In this document: positions 49,401 to 61,400 of the stretch, one piece after another
Numbering within the stretch: position 1 is the first letter of the stretch
How the letters are laid out: the number at the start of each line of letters is the position of its first letter
NCBI GenBank assembly: GCA_905178155.1
Contig: CAJINV010000002.1
Location: 12,890,387 to 12,954,386 of the forward strand
Direction of reading: 5' to 3'
Length of the DNA stretch: 64,000 nt
Source of the DNA: Amoebophrya sp. A120
Lineage: Eukaryota; Protista; Dinoflagellata
The notes under the pieces: generated by a model
Database searches by the model: none
What the model was told of the DNA's origin: nothing
The model's input: the letters and a program-made list of their open reading frames with translations, nothing else
Translations under genes and position numbers: made by a program

Positions 49401-52400
49401 CACACGATCCTACAGTCGCCTCGGGAGCAGCTTCTCGCTTCTGGACGTGCTGCACCTGGGTTCCGCGCTCTCGATTAGAAACTACCTGCGGTGCGGCAGC
49501 GGCTTCAGCCTGTTCACGCACACCCGGATTGGGTCGACGTTGAGTATTCTGGACAGTCTGACTCTGTCGTCCACCACCAGCCTCAGGCAGTACAGCCGAC
49601 TCGGTAGCACTCTGTCGCTGGTCTCGGTCTTCCGGTGCTCTAGCAGCTTTTCCGTTTTGGACTTTCTGCAGCTCGGCTCTTCCGTGTCCGTCCGAAATTA
49701 CCTCCGTGTGGGGTCGGCGATGTCGCTGATGAGCCAGTTGCGCATCGGCAGTCGGGCCAGCATGTTGGACATCCTGCACCTAGGCTCCTCGTACTCGCTT
49801 CGTTCCTACATCCGGTGCGGCTCCGCCTGTAGTGTGTACTCGAAGGCCGTGGGCAACTCGCTGTCCGTTTTGTCCTACACGGACTTTGCGTCCTCGATCT
49901 CGCTGCGGTCCGTGGTGCGCGCCGGCTCCCGCGCCAGCGTGTTGGATTGCCTGCACCTCGGATCGAGCTTGTCGTTGCGAAACGTCATCAGGTTGGGCAG
50001 CAGCTTGAGTCTGATGTCGCAGACGCGGTTTGGCAGCAACCTATCCGTCTTGGACTTCTTCCACGTGGGCTCGAGTTTGTCGCTCCGCGCTGTTTCCCGA
50101 ATCGGCACGGCGGCAAGCTTGCTGTATTCCTGCGCGCGCCTGGGCAGCTCTCTGTCGACCCTGGACTTCCTGAACCTCGGCAGCACGTTGTCGATTCGGA
50201 ACGCGAGCCGATTGGCCTCTGGCCTGTCCGTGCTGCGCGCCGTCGATTTTGGCGACGCGTGCTCGGTGCTGGAGTGGACGCATCTGGCGAGCAGCTTGTC
50301 CGTCCGCGGTCTGATCTACGCGACTGGCACGCGCCCGAGCGTCCTCGACTATTTCAGCATGTCCAGTAGCTTGTCGCTGCGCAACGTCGCACGGTTCGGC
50401 GACGTCGCCTCGGTGCTCGACGCGGTTGCGCTCGGGAGCTCGCTGTCGTTCCGACAGTACTGCCGCGTGGGCAGCAGTCTCTCCGTGTTCGGAACGTTCA
50501 AAGCCAACGAGGACCTTTCCGTGCTGGACGTGTTCTCGCTGGGCAGCAGCTTGTCGGTGCGAAACAGCGTGGGTCGCCTCGGCAGCAACTTTAGCATCTT
50601 CGACATGCTCACTCTCGGGTCCAGTCTCAGTCTGCGCACCTACACCCGCGCAGGAAGCACGCTCTCGATTCTGGAACGCCAGCGGCTCGCGGCCAGCCTG
50701 AGCATTTTGGACGTGTGCAACGCCGGCTCGGCGATCTCGCTGCGGCAGTACGTCCGCATCGGGAGCAGTCTTTCCGTCGTGGAGAAGCTGCGCTTTTCCG
50801 GCGCGTCGATGTCCATTTTGGCGCAGGCGCAACTGGGAAGTGCTTTATCCGTCCGGTGCTGCCAGACGTTCATGGGAAGTTCCATGTCTATGTTGAACTT
50901 TGTGACGATGAGCAGCTCGCTGTCGCTCCGAACGCAGATGCGGTGCGGAAGCTCCGTCTCCCTGGTCGGCCAGATGCGTTTCGGCACCAACACCAGCGTG
51001 CTAAACTACTTCCAGATCGGGTCCAGCATGAGCTTGCGCGCCTACATGCGCGTGGGCTGCAACGCAAAGCTCGCCAGTTCCGTGTTCGGTCCGCAGATGC
51101 TCGGATCCCGTTTGTCGATCCTCGACTTCTTCAACCTGTCGTCGACCCTGTCGGTCCGCAGCTTCACGCGCCTTGGAAGCACGATGTCCCTCTACGGGGT
51201 GTCGAGACTGGGGAGCACGCTGTCGTTGTGCCACTTCTTCGAGATGGGCTCTTGTCTGTCCACCCGGCACACCATGCGCCTGGGGTCGAACTTGAGCGTC
51301 CTCGCGGTCGGTAGGTTCGGCAGTTCCCTCTCGATCCTGGACGCGACCTCGCTCGCTTCCTGCATCAGCGTGCGGTCCTTTGCCCGCCTCGGTAGCTCCA
51401 TGTCGATCTACGGCCTCTCGCGGTTCGGCAGCAACATGAGCACGCTGGACTTCTTCAACATGGGGTCCGCGCTCTCGGTCCGCAACTTCTGTCGCCTCGG
51501 AAGTTCGCTCAGCGTGTACGGAATCCAGAAGTTATCGCAGGAGGCCTCAGTGTTCGACTTCCTCTGCCTCGGCTCGTCGCTCTCGCTTCGACGCTGCATG
51601 GCAGTCGGGAGTAGTCTCTCCGTGGTCGGGCGCGTCCACTACGAGATGGCGCTTTCGGTCGTGGATGCGATGACGCTGGGCAGCAGCGTGTCGTTGCGAC
51701 ACCACTTCCAGCTGGGCAAGTACGCCTCTATCCTCGATTCGGTCGCGCTCGGCTCCAGCATGTCTCTGCGTAGCACGGCCAGATTCGGCTCCGCGGTTTC
51801 GGTGCTGCCGTTCTTCCACCTGGGCAGCTCGCTTTCCCTCCGCAACTACGCCCGGGTCAGCGGCGCGGGTCGCGCTTTCAGCGTGCACGGCGGTCTGACG
51901 CGGTTAGGCTCCGTTCTGTCGGTGTTCGACCAGCTCCAACTCGGGTCCAGCTTGTCCGTCCGGGGACAGGTGAAATCGTGCCAGGCACTGTCGATTCTGG
52001 ATTGCGTGCAACTCGGGTCCGCCTTGTCCCTGCGGCAATATGTTCGCGTGGGCCAGTCTGTTTCCGTGCACGGCCAGCGCACCATGTGTGGCCGCGCGGG
52101 CGCAACCACGGCAACCTCCATCCTCGGTTATGTCAACCTCGGGTCGGCGCTGTCTCTGCGCAGCAGCACAAAATTGTCCGCGAACCTGTCGATTCTGGAC
52201 CACACCGTGCTGGGTTCCGCTCTTTCCCTGCGCACGTCCGTCCAGACGGGCAGTGCGCTCTCAATTCTCGGAAAGCTGAACTTGAGCGGGCAGATGCTGT
52301 CCGTCTTGAACTACACGGGACTGGCGAGTTCGTTTTCCCTCCGGTCCACGGCCCGGTTTGGCGAGAACAGCAAGAACTTCTCCGTCATCGACCAGTTTCA

Positions 52401-55400
52401 CATGGGTTCGTCTCTCTCCATCCGCAACTTCTTGCGGATCTCCAGCGGCGCATCTGTGCTGTCGCGCGCGGTTCTGGGCGCTGACTTGTCGGTGATCGAC
52501 TCGCAGCTCTGCGGCTCCCTGTTGAGCATCCGCAGCATGGCAACCTTCGGAAGCGGCTTGTCCGTGTTGGATTACTTCCAGCTCGGGAGCAACCTCTCCT
52601 TGCGGTCCGCCACCCGGATGGGTAGCACGGTTTCGATCATGGGTTTGTGCAAGTACATGGGCAGCTGCCAAAAGCTCTCGGTGATCGCAAGCCTCGCTTT
52701 GGGGTCAAACCTCTCCGTACGGAACATGATGAAGATCCCGGACAAGTTTTCGCTTTTGGACTGCCTCGAGCTGGGCTCGGCGATGAGCCTGCGCAACAAC
52801 TTCCGCTGCGGGGTGTACACGTCCATTATGGACATGGTAACGCTGGGATCCAGCGTGTCACTCCGGCAGTTCATCCGACTGTCGAGTTCGTTCTCGGTCT
52901 TCGAACCCCGGTGCAAGAAGACGCCGCTGACCTCGAACTTCAGCGTGATCGACCAAGTACACCTCGGTTCCGGCCTGTCGCTCCGCAGCACGATGCGGTT
53001 CGGCGACTCGATGTCCGTCATCAGCTACGTGGAACTCGGTTCCTCGATGAGCTTGCGGACGTATTGCCGCGTGGGTAGCACTATCCAATGCAAATATGTC
53101 TGGGTCTGGATGAGCGGCACAAGGCAATTATTTTACTTTCGAACATCTACCTGAAAAATTGTTGCCTTCGTATCGCCAAAATATGCTTAAAATATGTTCA
53201 AAACATGTTCCAAATATTTTCAAAATATTTCCAAAACATTTTGTAAAAACGCAGTTGTGTGCCGCTCATCCAGACCCAGACACTTTTGCATTCCATAAGC
53301 ACCTTGTCCGTGATCCAACGCGCGCAGATGGGCGAAAGTCTCAGCGTGTTGTCCTACTTCCATCTCGGCAGCGGGGTCAGCATGCGCTCGTTCATGCGGT
53401 TCGGTTCCACGCCCGGGTGCAGCGTCATCGACTACATGAACATGGGCAGCAGCCTCTCTCTCCGCCAGTACCTGCGCCTGGGAAGTGGGCTCTCGATCAC
53501 TGGTAGCTTCGTCGCCGGTCAGTTGTCGGTGTTAGAGCAGCTGGAAATTGGCTCCTCGCTCTCCGTCCGCTCGATCGCGAAGCTGGGAAGCACTTTCAGC
53601 CTGCTGGATTTCCTGGACCTCGGGTCGAGTTTGTCTGTCCGCACCCACGCCCGACTGGGGTCCGCACTGTCCATGTTGGATTTCACCAGCTTAGGTAGTG
53701 CCGTCTCCGTTCGTGCCTACACGCGCGTCGGCTCGACCTGTTCGGTGATTGCCAAATGCCGGCTGGCCGAGACGCTCTCCGTGTTATCCCAGGTGCATCT
53801 CGGGTCGTCCATGTCCATCCGCTGCACCACGAAATTCGGCTCCAACTTGAGCGTCTTGGACCAGGTCTTCCTCGGAAGCGGACTGTCTCTGCGCAGCTAC
53901 TGCCGGCTCAACTCCTTGACGTCGGTTCTGAACCGCGTCAACCTGGGCTGCAAGATCTCGGTGTTGGACAGTATCACGATCGGAAGCTCCTTCTCACTCC
54001 GGATGCGCGCTCGTCTCTGCGACCGCGTGTCGGTGTTGGACAGCGTGTTCCTGGGCTCGACCCTTTCGGTCCGCGACTGCTGCCGGTTGGGCAGCGGTTT
54101 GAGCGTGTTCAAGCGCTTGCACGCAAAGATGGAGGTCTCCGTGTTAGACAGCTCCTGCCTGGGCTCCACCTTCTCGCTCCGGCAGATGGCTTCGTGCGGC
54201 AGTTTGGTGAGTGCCTTCAACTACATCAACCTGGGGTCGGCGATTAGTCTTCGCTCGTGTGCGCGACTCGGGTCCACGGTCACCGTCCTCGGGCTCACGC
54301 GCGTGGCGTCGTTCTTCAACTGCAGTGTGATGAACCAGCTGGAGCTCGGCTCTTCCCTGTCCGTCCGGTCGCAACTGCGCCTCGGCAGCTGCTTATCGAT
54401 GCTGCAACTGGCGACGCTGGGCAGCAGCTTGTCTGTGCGAACCTACGCGCGCATGGGAGATTCCGCGTCCGCGCTCGACTACGTGAACCTGGGCAGCAAC
54501 CTTTCGATCCGCGCGTACACCCGGTACGGTTCCGCCATGAGTGTCTTCGAGGCCACCCGGCCGGCGACCACGTTGTCCGTGTTGGCGGCCACTTTCATGG
54601 CCTCCAGCATGAGTTTGCGTTCCTTCGCGCGCTTACCAGAGGACGTCTCGCTGCTCAACTACGTGAACCTCGGTTCCAGCTTGTCGCTCCGCGGCTACGT
54701 GAAGCTCGGGTCGACTCTGTCGGTCTTCAACCTCGTGCGATTCACGAACGACGGTCTTTCCGTGCTCTCCGCGGTCGAATTCGGCAGTACCTTCAGCATG
54801 CGGGGCCTGAGCCAATTGGGCAAGAGCTTGACCGTTTTGGATAGCACGCACCTCGGGTCCTCGCTATCTCTGCGTGCCGCTAGCCGCATGGGATCCGCGA
54901 TGAGCCTGTGCAACTTTGGCGTGCAAAAACAAAACCTCTCCGTTCTCGACGTAACGTTCTTGGGTTCGACTGTCTCGCTTCGGTCTCGGGCCTACCTCGG
55001 CCGCACGGAATTCTCCGTGTGTCAGTTCACGACCTTGGGCAGCGCTTTGTCCGTCCGTGAAATCGCCCGGTTCGGCAGTCGCTTGTCCGTTGTGGATTGC
55101 CTCGCGCTTGGGACGACGCTCTCTCTTCGCGCGCTCGGCCGTCTGGGTTCCAGCTTGAGCATCGTAGAGAAACTGCGTCTGACGCAGAGACTGAGCACTC
55201 TGTCCTTTTTCCACCTCGGTTCCAGCATGTCGATTCGCGCGGCCATGCGGTGCGGAGACACCCACTCGGTCATCGACTACCTCCGCATCGGCACCAGCCT
55301 CTCGCTGCGCGCCATGACGCGGATTGGAAGCGCTTTGTCGCTCGGCGGCAGACTGTGCGACATCAGCAGCAGCTTGTCCGTGTTGAACTACCTGCAGCTC

Positions 55401-58400
55401 GGGAGCAGCCTATCTCTGCGCTGTTTGCAGCTCGGCTCGCAAGTGTCGGTGTTAGACAGCAACAACTTCGGCTCCTCCATGTCCATCCGGAACTACGTCC
55501 GTGTGGGCTCCGGGTTGTCGGTGTTCTCCACCGTTCGTACCGGCGAGGTGCTGTCCACACTCGATTTCGCGCAATTCGGTTCGAGCATCAGCGTCCGATC
55601 TCACGCCAGCTTTGGCGCCCGACTTTCCGTGTTGGACTATGTCACGCTGGGTTCCGCGCTCAGCTGCCGTCAGTTCGCGCGCTTCGGAAGCACGGTGTCT
55701 GTCTTAGGTCTCGGCCAAGTCGGGTCGCTGTTCGCGTGCTCCGTCATTGAGGCGGTCGCGCTGGGCAGCAGCATGTCTTTGCGGGACAAGTGCAAGGTGG
55801 CGGGCAAGCTTTCCGTCTTTGATTTCCTGCAGATGGGCTCTTCGCTGTCCATTCGATCCCGCGCCACGCTCGGCGGCCAGTCGGCCAGCGTTCTGGACTA
55901 CGTGCGGCTCGGAAGCGCGCTTTCGTTGCGTGGGTACACCCGCTTGGGGAGCACGTTCTCGCTCCTCGAGAAGTGTGCGCTCGCGGCAAGCTGCAGCGTC
56001 CTCGGCTTCGTGGAGCTGGGCTCCTCGTTGTCTGTTCGGAGCAAACTGCTGATGGGAAGCAACTGCAGCGTGATCGACTTCGTGCAGTTCGGCAGCTCCA
56101 TCTCGCTGCGCAACTACATGCGCATCGGCAGCAACTTGTCCGTTCTTGGCATCGCGAGGGTTTCCTCCGTGATGAAGTGCAGCGTCCAGCAGGCCATGAC
56201 GGTCACCTCCTCGATGTCCCTGCGGCAGTTCGTCCGCGCCGGCCAGTCCGTGTCCGTCTTGGGCTACTTGCAGCTCGGCAGCAGCCTGAGCATGCGCGTT
56301 GCCGCACGCCTGGGCAGCGGTCTGAGCCTGTACAGCAGTGCGAAGGTAAGCCACTACGCGAGTGTCATGGACCAGCTGGCGATCGGGTCCACCTTGTCGG
56401 TCCGCGCGACGGCAACGATCGGGTCGAGACTGTCTGTTTTGGACTTCCTCAACTTGGGTTCGTCCACTTCGGTTCGAAACGTACTCCGGATGGGAGCGGG
56501 TTGCAGTGTGATTGATTTCACGCACTGCGGCAGCAGCTTCTCCCTTCGCGCGTACGGACGCCTCGGGTCGGTGTTGAGCGTGTTCAGCAAGACACAAACC
56601 GGCATCCGCGCCAGCATTTTGGACTTCTGCGAGCTCGGCTCGAGTCTGTCGCTCCGCAGTATGATTCCGCTGGTGAAACTTGGTTCGGAGCTCAGCATCC
56701 TGAACATGGTGAGCTTCGGCAGCACGTTGAGTTTGCGTTCCACTACTGCTTTAGCAGGTGCGCTCTCGGTCCTGAGCTACACGCAACTGGGTAGCAGCAT
56801 GAGCTTGCGGTCGACCATCCGGCAGAGCGCCGGGTTTTCGGTGCTGGACTTTCTGCACTGCGGCTCGGCACTCTCGGTGCGGTCGGAAATCCGGTTGGCG
56901 AGTCACTACAGCATGCTGGACGTGTTGCAACTGGGTAGCTCGTGCTCCATCCGTGCTGCCTGCCGCCTCGGGTCAGGTGTGTCCCTGTTCGCATTGGCGA
57001 AGTGCGGACAGTCGCTGTCCATGATCGACCAGTTCCAGCTTGGAAGTTCGCTGTCGATTCGTGCGGCGACCAAGCTCAGTGCCAAGTGCTCCGTGTTGCA
57101 ATTCGTGAATCTCGGCTCAGCGCTCTCCCTCCGCGCGGTCACGCGCATTGGTAGCGGCTTGAGCATCGCAGAATCCGCTCGCGCGGGCCTCGGCTTGTCA
57201 GTCCTGGCCGTCGTGTCTCTCGGCAGCAGTTTGTCGGTGCGGAACCTCTGCCGCTTCGGCAGCATGCTGACGGTCGTCGACCACACCGCACTGGGCAGTT
57301 CTCTGTCCATCCGCAGCTACTCCCGGTTGGGCTCCACACTCTCTGTGCAGACCGCGGGACGGTGCTCCGTCGGCGACAACTTGTCCGTCCTGGATTACAC
57401 CGACTTCGCGAGCAGTTTGTCCTTGCGCGCAGCCTCCAAGTTCGGAGTCTCCGCTATGGGATTCTCACACGTTACATTCTCAACTGTGACATGATTTGTC
57501 ATGCGAAGCTTCAAACTTCCGCCGGCCAGATGCACCCTCACACGGGGAAGGGCCGTGACTCCCTGGGTTGCTCCAGTAGGCAAAGGGCTCTTCTCCCTGG
57601 CTCGATGCAAGACCGAGTCGCCTGCGGATGGGAGTGTACCTGGCCCGCGGAACGCTGGCCAGATGCACTGCGATACGGCGGGAAACCTTGCCGAGCTTGC
57701 TCCGGTTCGCAAGGGGCTTTTCGTCCTGGCTAGATGCAAGGCCGAGGCGCCTGCCTGTGGGAGCGCATCTGGCCAGGGGAAGTTCCGCTCGGGTTTGGGT
57801 TCCGGGCCCGGGTTTGGGTTCCGGGCCCGGGTTTGGGTTCCGGGCCCGGGTTTGGGTTCCGGGCCCGGGTTTGGGTTCCGGGCCCGGGTTTGGGTTCCGG
57901 GCCCGGGTTTGGGTTCCGGGCCCGGGTTTGGGTTCCGGGCCCGGGTTTGGGTTCCGGGCCCGGGTTTGGGTTCCGGGCCCGGGTTTGGGTTCCGGGCCCG
58001 GGTTTGGGTTCCGGGCCCGGGTTTGGGTTCCGGGCCCGGGTTTGGGTTCCGGGCCCGGGTTTGGGTTCCGGGCCCGGGTTTGGGTTCCGGGCCCGGGTTT
58101 GGGTTCCGGGCCCGGGTTTGGGTTCCGGGCCCGGGTTTGGGTTCCGGGCCCGGGTTTGGGTTCCGGGCCCGGGTTTGGGTTCCGGGCCCGGGTTTGGGTT
58201 CCGGGCCCGGGTTTGGGTTCCGGGCCCGGGTTTGGGTTCCGGGCCCGGGTTTGGGTTCCGGGCCCGGGTTTGGGTTCCGGGCCCGGGTTTGGGTTCCGGG
58301 CCCGGGTTTGGGTTCCGGGCCCGGGTTTGGGTTCCGGGCCCGGGTTTGGGTTCCGGGCCCGGGTTTGGGTTCCGGGCCCGGGTTTGGGTTCCGGGCCCGG

Positions 58401-61400
58401 GTTTGGGTTCCGGGCCCGGGTTTGGGTTCCGGGCCCGGGTTTGGGTTCCGGGCCCGGGTTTGGGTTCCGGGCCCGGGTTTGGGTTCCGGGCCCGGGTTTG
58501 GGTTCCGGGCCCGGGTTTGGGTTCCGGGCCCGGGTTTGGGTTCCGGGCCCGGGTTTGGGTTCCGGGCCCGGGTTTGGGTTCCGGGCCCGGACACCTCCGC
58601 TGGCCCGTTGACAAATCCCCGAAGGGTTGAGCAGCCCCTAAATCTGTGCCGGATTTGTGATGCGAGAGTTGCAAACGTGCCCCCTTCATTGTTGCGGTTC
58701 TTGCATCAAAAATTCATGTAACAGTTCAGAATGTAACGTTTGAGAACGCCATATCCGCCTCGGTGTTGAACTTTGCGAACCTCGGGTCCAGCTGCAGTCT
58801 GCGCATGTACGCGAAGATCGGGAGCAGCCTGAAGACTTTCGGCAGAATGGACTACGGAACTAACATCAGTATCCTGGACGCCGCGATTCTCGGGTCCTCT
58901 TTGTCCATTCGCGCTTCGGCCACCCGGCTCGGCTCGGGCGCGTCGGTGTTCAACTGCCTGGAACTCGGAACGTCGTTGTCCCTCCGTGCCTTCGCGAAAC
59001 TCGGGAGCGGACTCAGCATCTTCACCTCCGGGAGACTCGGTAAGGCTGCCTCGGTGCTCGACTTTGTGCGGCTGTCCTCCTCGATGTCTCTGCGAAGCTT
59101 CGGGCAAGCAGGATCGAAGTTGTCGACCTTGGACTTTTTGCAGTTGGGCTCCTCTATGAGCCTCCGCTCCTACCTCACCTGCGGTAGCCGTGTGTCGGTG
59201 TTGGACTACCTCACCATGGCATCCAGCATGTCGCTAAGAAACTACGTGCGGTGCGGTAGCAAAGTCAGCGTGCTCGGCATGGGACGCATTGCCCCGGAAT
59301 TCAGCGTGATTGACTACCTGCAGGTGGGAAGCACGATGAGTTTAAGGAGCGCTTGCAAGATGTCCTCGAACTTTTCCGTGGTTGACATGGTTCACTTGGG
59401 CTCGGCGCTGTCGCTGCGAAACTTCTGCCGCGTCGGCGAGGCCGCCTCCGCGTTCGACTTCCTCTCTCTGGGTTCCGCTCTGTCGGTGCGCGCCTTCTGC
59501 CGCCTGGGCAGTGGGTTCTCCGTCGAAGGCGCCAAAGCGAGCTTTGCGGGCTGCCTGTCGGTTCTCGGAGAAGTTTTGATCGGAAGCTCCTTGTCAGTCA
59601 GGTCGTTCACACGAGTCGCGGGCACCAACGCCTCCATCCTGAACTTTGTGCAGCTCGCATCCGCCCTTTCGGTTCGCGGCGTCACACGAGTGGGCAGCGG
59701 CTGTTCGGTTTTCACCGTCGCGCGGGTGCAGAAATCGATGTCGGTTCTGGATCAGTTGCACCTCGGCAGCGCGTTGTCCGTCCGCGGCACCGTGCGGTTC
59801 GGCGACAACTTGTCGACGCTGGACTTCGTCACATTGGGCAGCACCTTGAGCATCCGGGGCCTCACCCGGTTCGGCAGCAGTGTCTCCCTGCGGAGCTATG
59901 TGCGGCTTTCTAGCAGCTGCAGCCTATTCGGTAGGGCCGTGATCGCGACGAAGAAAGCCGATACAACCCTCTCAGTTTTGCAGCAGGTGGCCGTTGCGTC
60001 GTCGCTCTCCGTCCGGTTCTCGACGACGATGGGCAGATCCGTTTCCGTCCTGGATTTCCTGAACCTCGGATCGGCACTCTCCGTTCGCCAGTACGTGCGG
60101 TTTGGGTCCGGCTGCTCGATCGGACAGAAGGTCGACCTCGCCGACACCTTATCCGTGCTGCAGGCCGGCGCGCTCGGCTCCAGTCTGTCGATTCGCAGCT
60201 TGGCGCGGTTCGGACGGGACATATCGGTCTTCGACATGCTTTCGCTGGGCAGCTCGCTTTCCGTCCGCGGTCACACCCGGATCGGCAGCTCCATTTCCGT
60301 GTTCGGGCGCGCGATCCGGTCGGCGCCAGACCAGATGAGTGTGATTGACCACCTGTTCCTGGGTAGCAGTCTGTCCGCGCGCAACATGATCCGCTTCGGC
60401 AGCGTGTGCAGCATCCTGAACTACGTGCAGATGGGATCCGCGCTGTCGATCCGAAACGTGCTGCGACTCGGTTCCGGTCTCTCCATGTTGCACCCGGTGC
60501 AAAACCGCGGCGCGCGGTTCTCCGTCTGCGACGCCTTCCACCTCGGAAGCTCGTTGAGCACGCGGTCGCGGATCCGGATGGGGTCCACGCTTTCCGTTCG
60601 GGCGATGGTGAAAATGTCCTCCACGATGTCGACGTTTGGTGTGTTCCGGGCCGGAAACGTGCTCTCCGTTTTGGCGGCAACCAGTTGTGGGTCCAGTTTG
60701 TCGCTCCGCGAATTCATCAAGCTCGGGTCCCGCATGTCGATCCTGGACACGCTCACCCTCGGCAGTTCCTGCAGTATCCGGGCATACACCAGACTCGGCT
60801 CGGCGCTAAGCATGGTGTGCAGCCAGGGCGTCGCCGGACGAGTTTCCCTTCTGGATCACGCCAACTTGGCCTCGGCGCTCTCTGTCCGATCGGTGATGCG
60901 CCTGGGACAGCAGGGCCTGTCGGTTTTGGATTTCTTGCAGCTAGGGTCCACACTGTCCCTGCGCGGGAACAGCAAAGTTGGCTCCACGTTGTCCGTGTTG
61001 GAGAAAGTGCGTCTGGGCGGGCAAATGTCGATTCTGGATTGCCTCGTCCTCGGATCCTCCATGTCGTTGCGAAACTACGTGCGCGTTGGCAGTGCTCTTT
61101 CCATCATCGAGTCTGTGCGCGCGGCCGGCCAGATGTCCCTGCTGGACTACTGCCAGCTCGGCTCCAGCCTCTCCGTGCGCAGCGTCGCCGCGCTGTCGGG
61201 CCGAGCCAGCATTCTCGATTTCATGGCCATGGGCTCGTCCCTCTCGGTTCGAAGCTTCGAGCAGGCCGCGAGCTCCATTTCCATCAAATCGATGAAGCGG
61301 CTCGGAAGCAGCGTCTCTGCGTTCTACAACGTCCAGACGGCGGGCGCCACGTTCAGTGTCCTCGACATGGTCACCCTCGGTAGCGCCGTTTCCGTCCGGA

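Noticed and set aside
57791-58588. Telomere or contig join
   Set aside because: The array sits inside matching TIRs and a 5-bp duplication, and the gene resumes in frame after it.
57395-58721. Collagen- or circumsporozoite-like NPNPGPEPKPG ORFs
   Set aside because: They come from a 19-bp array (period not divisible by 3) that is open in every frame.
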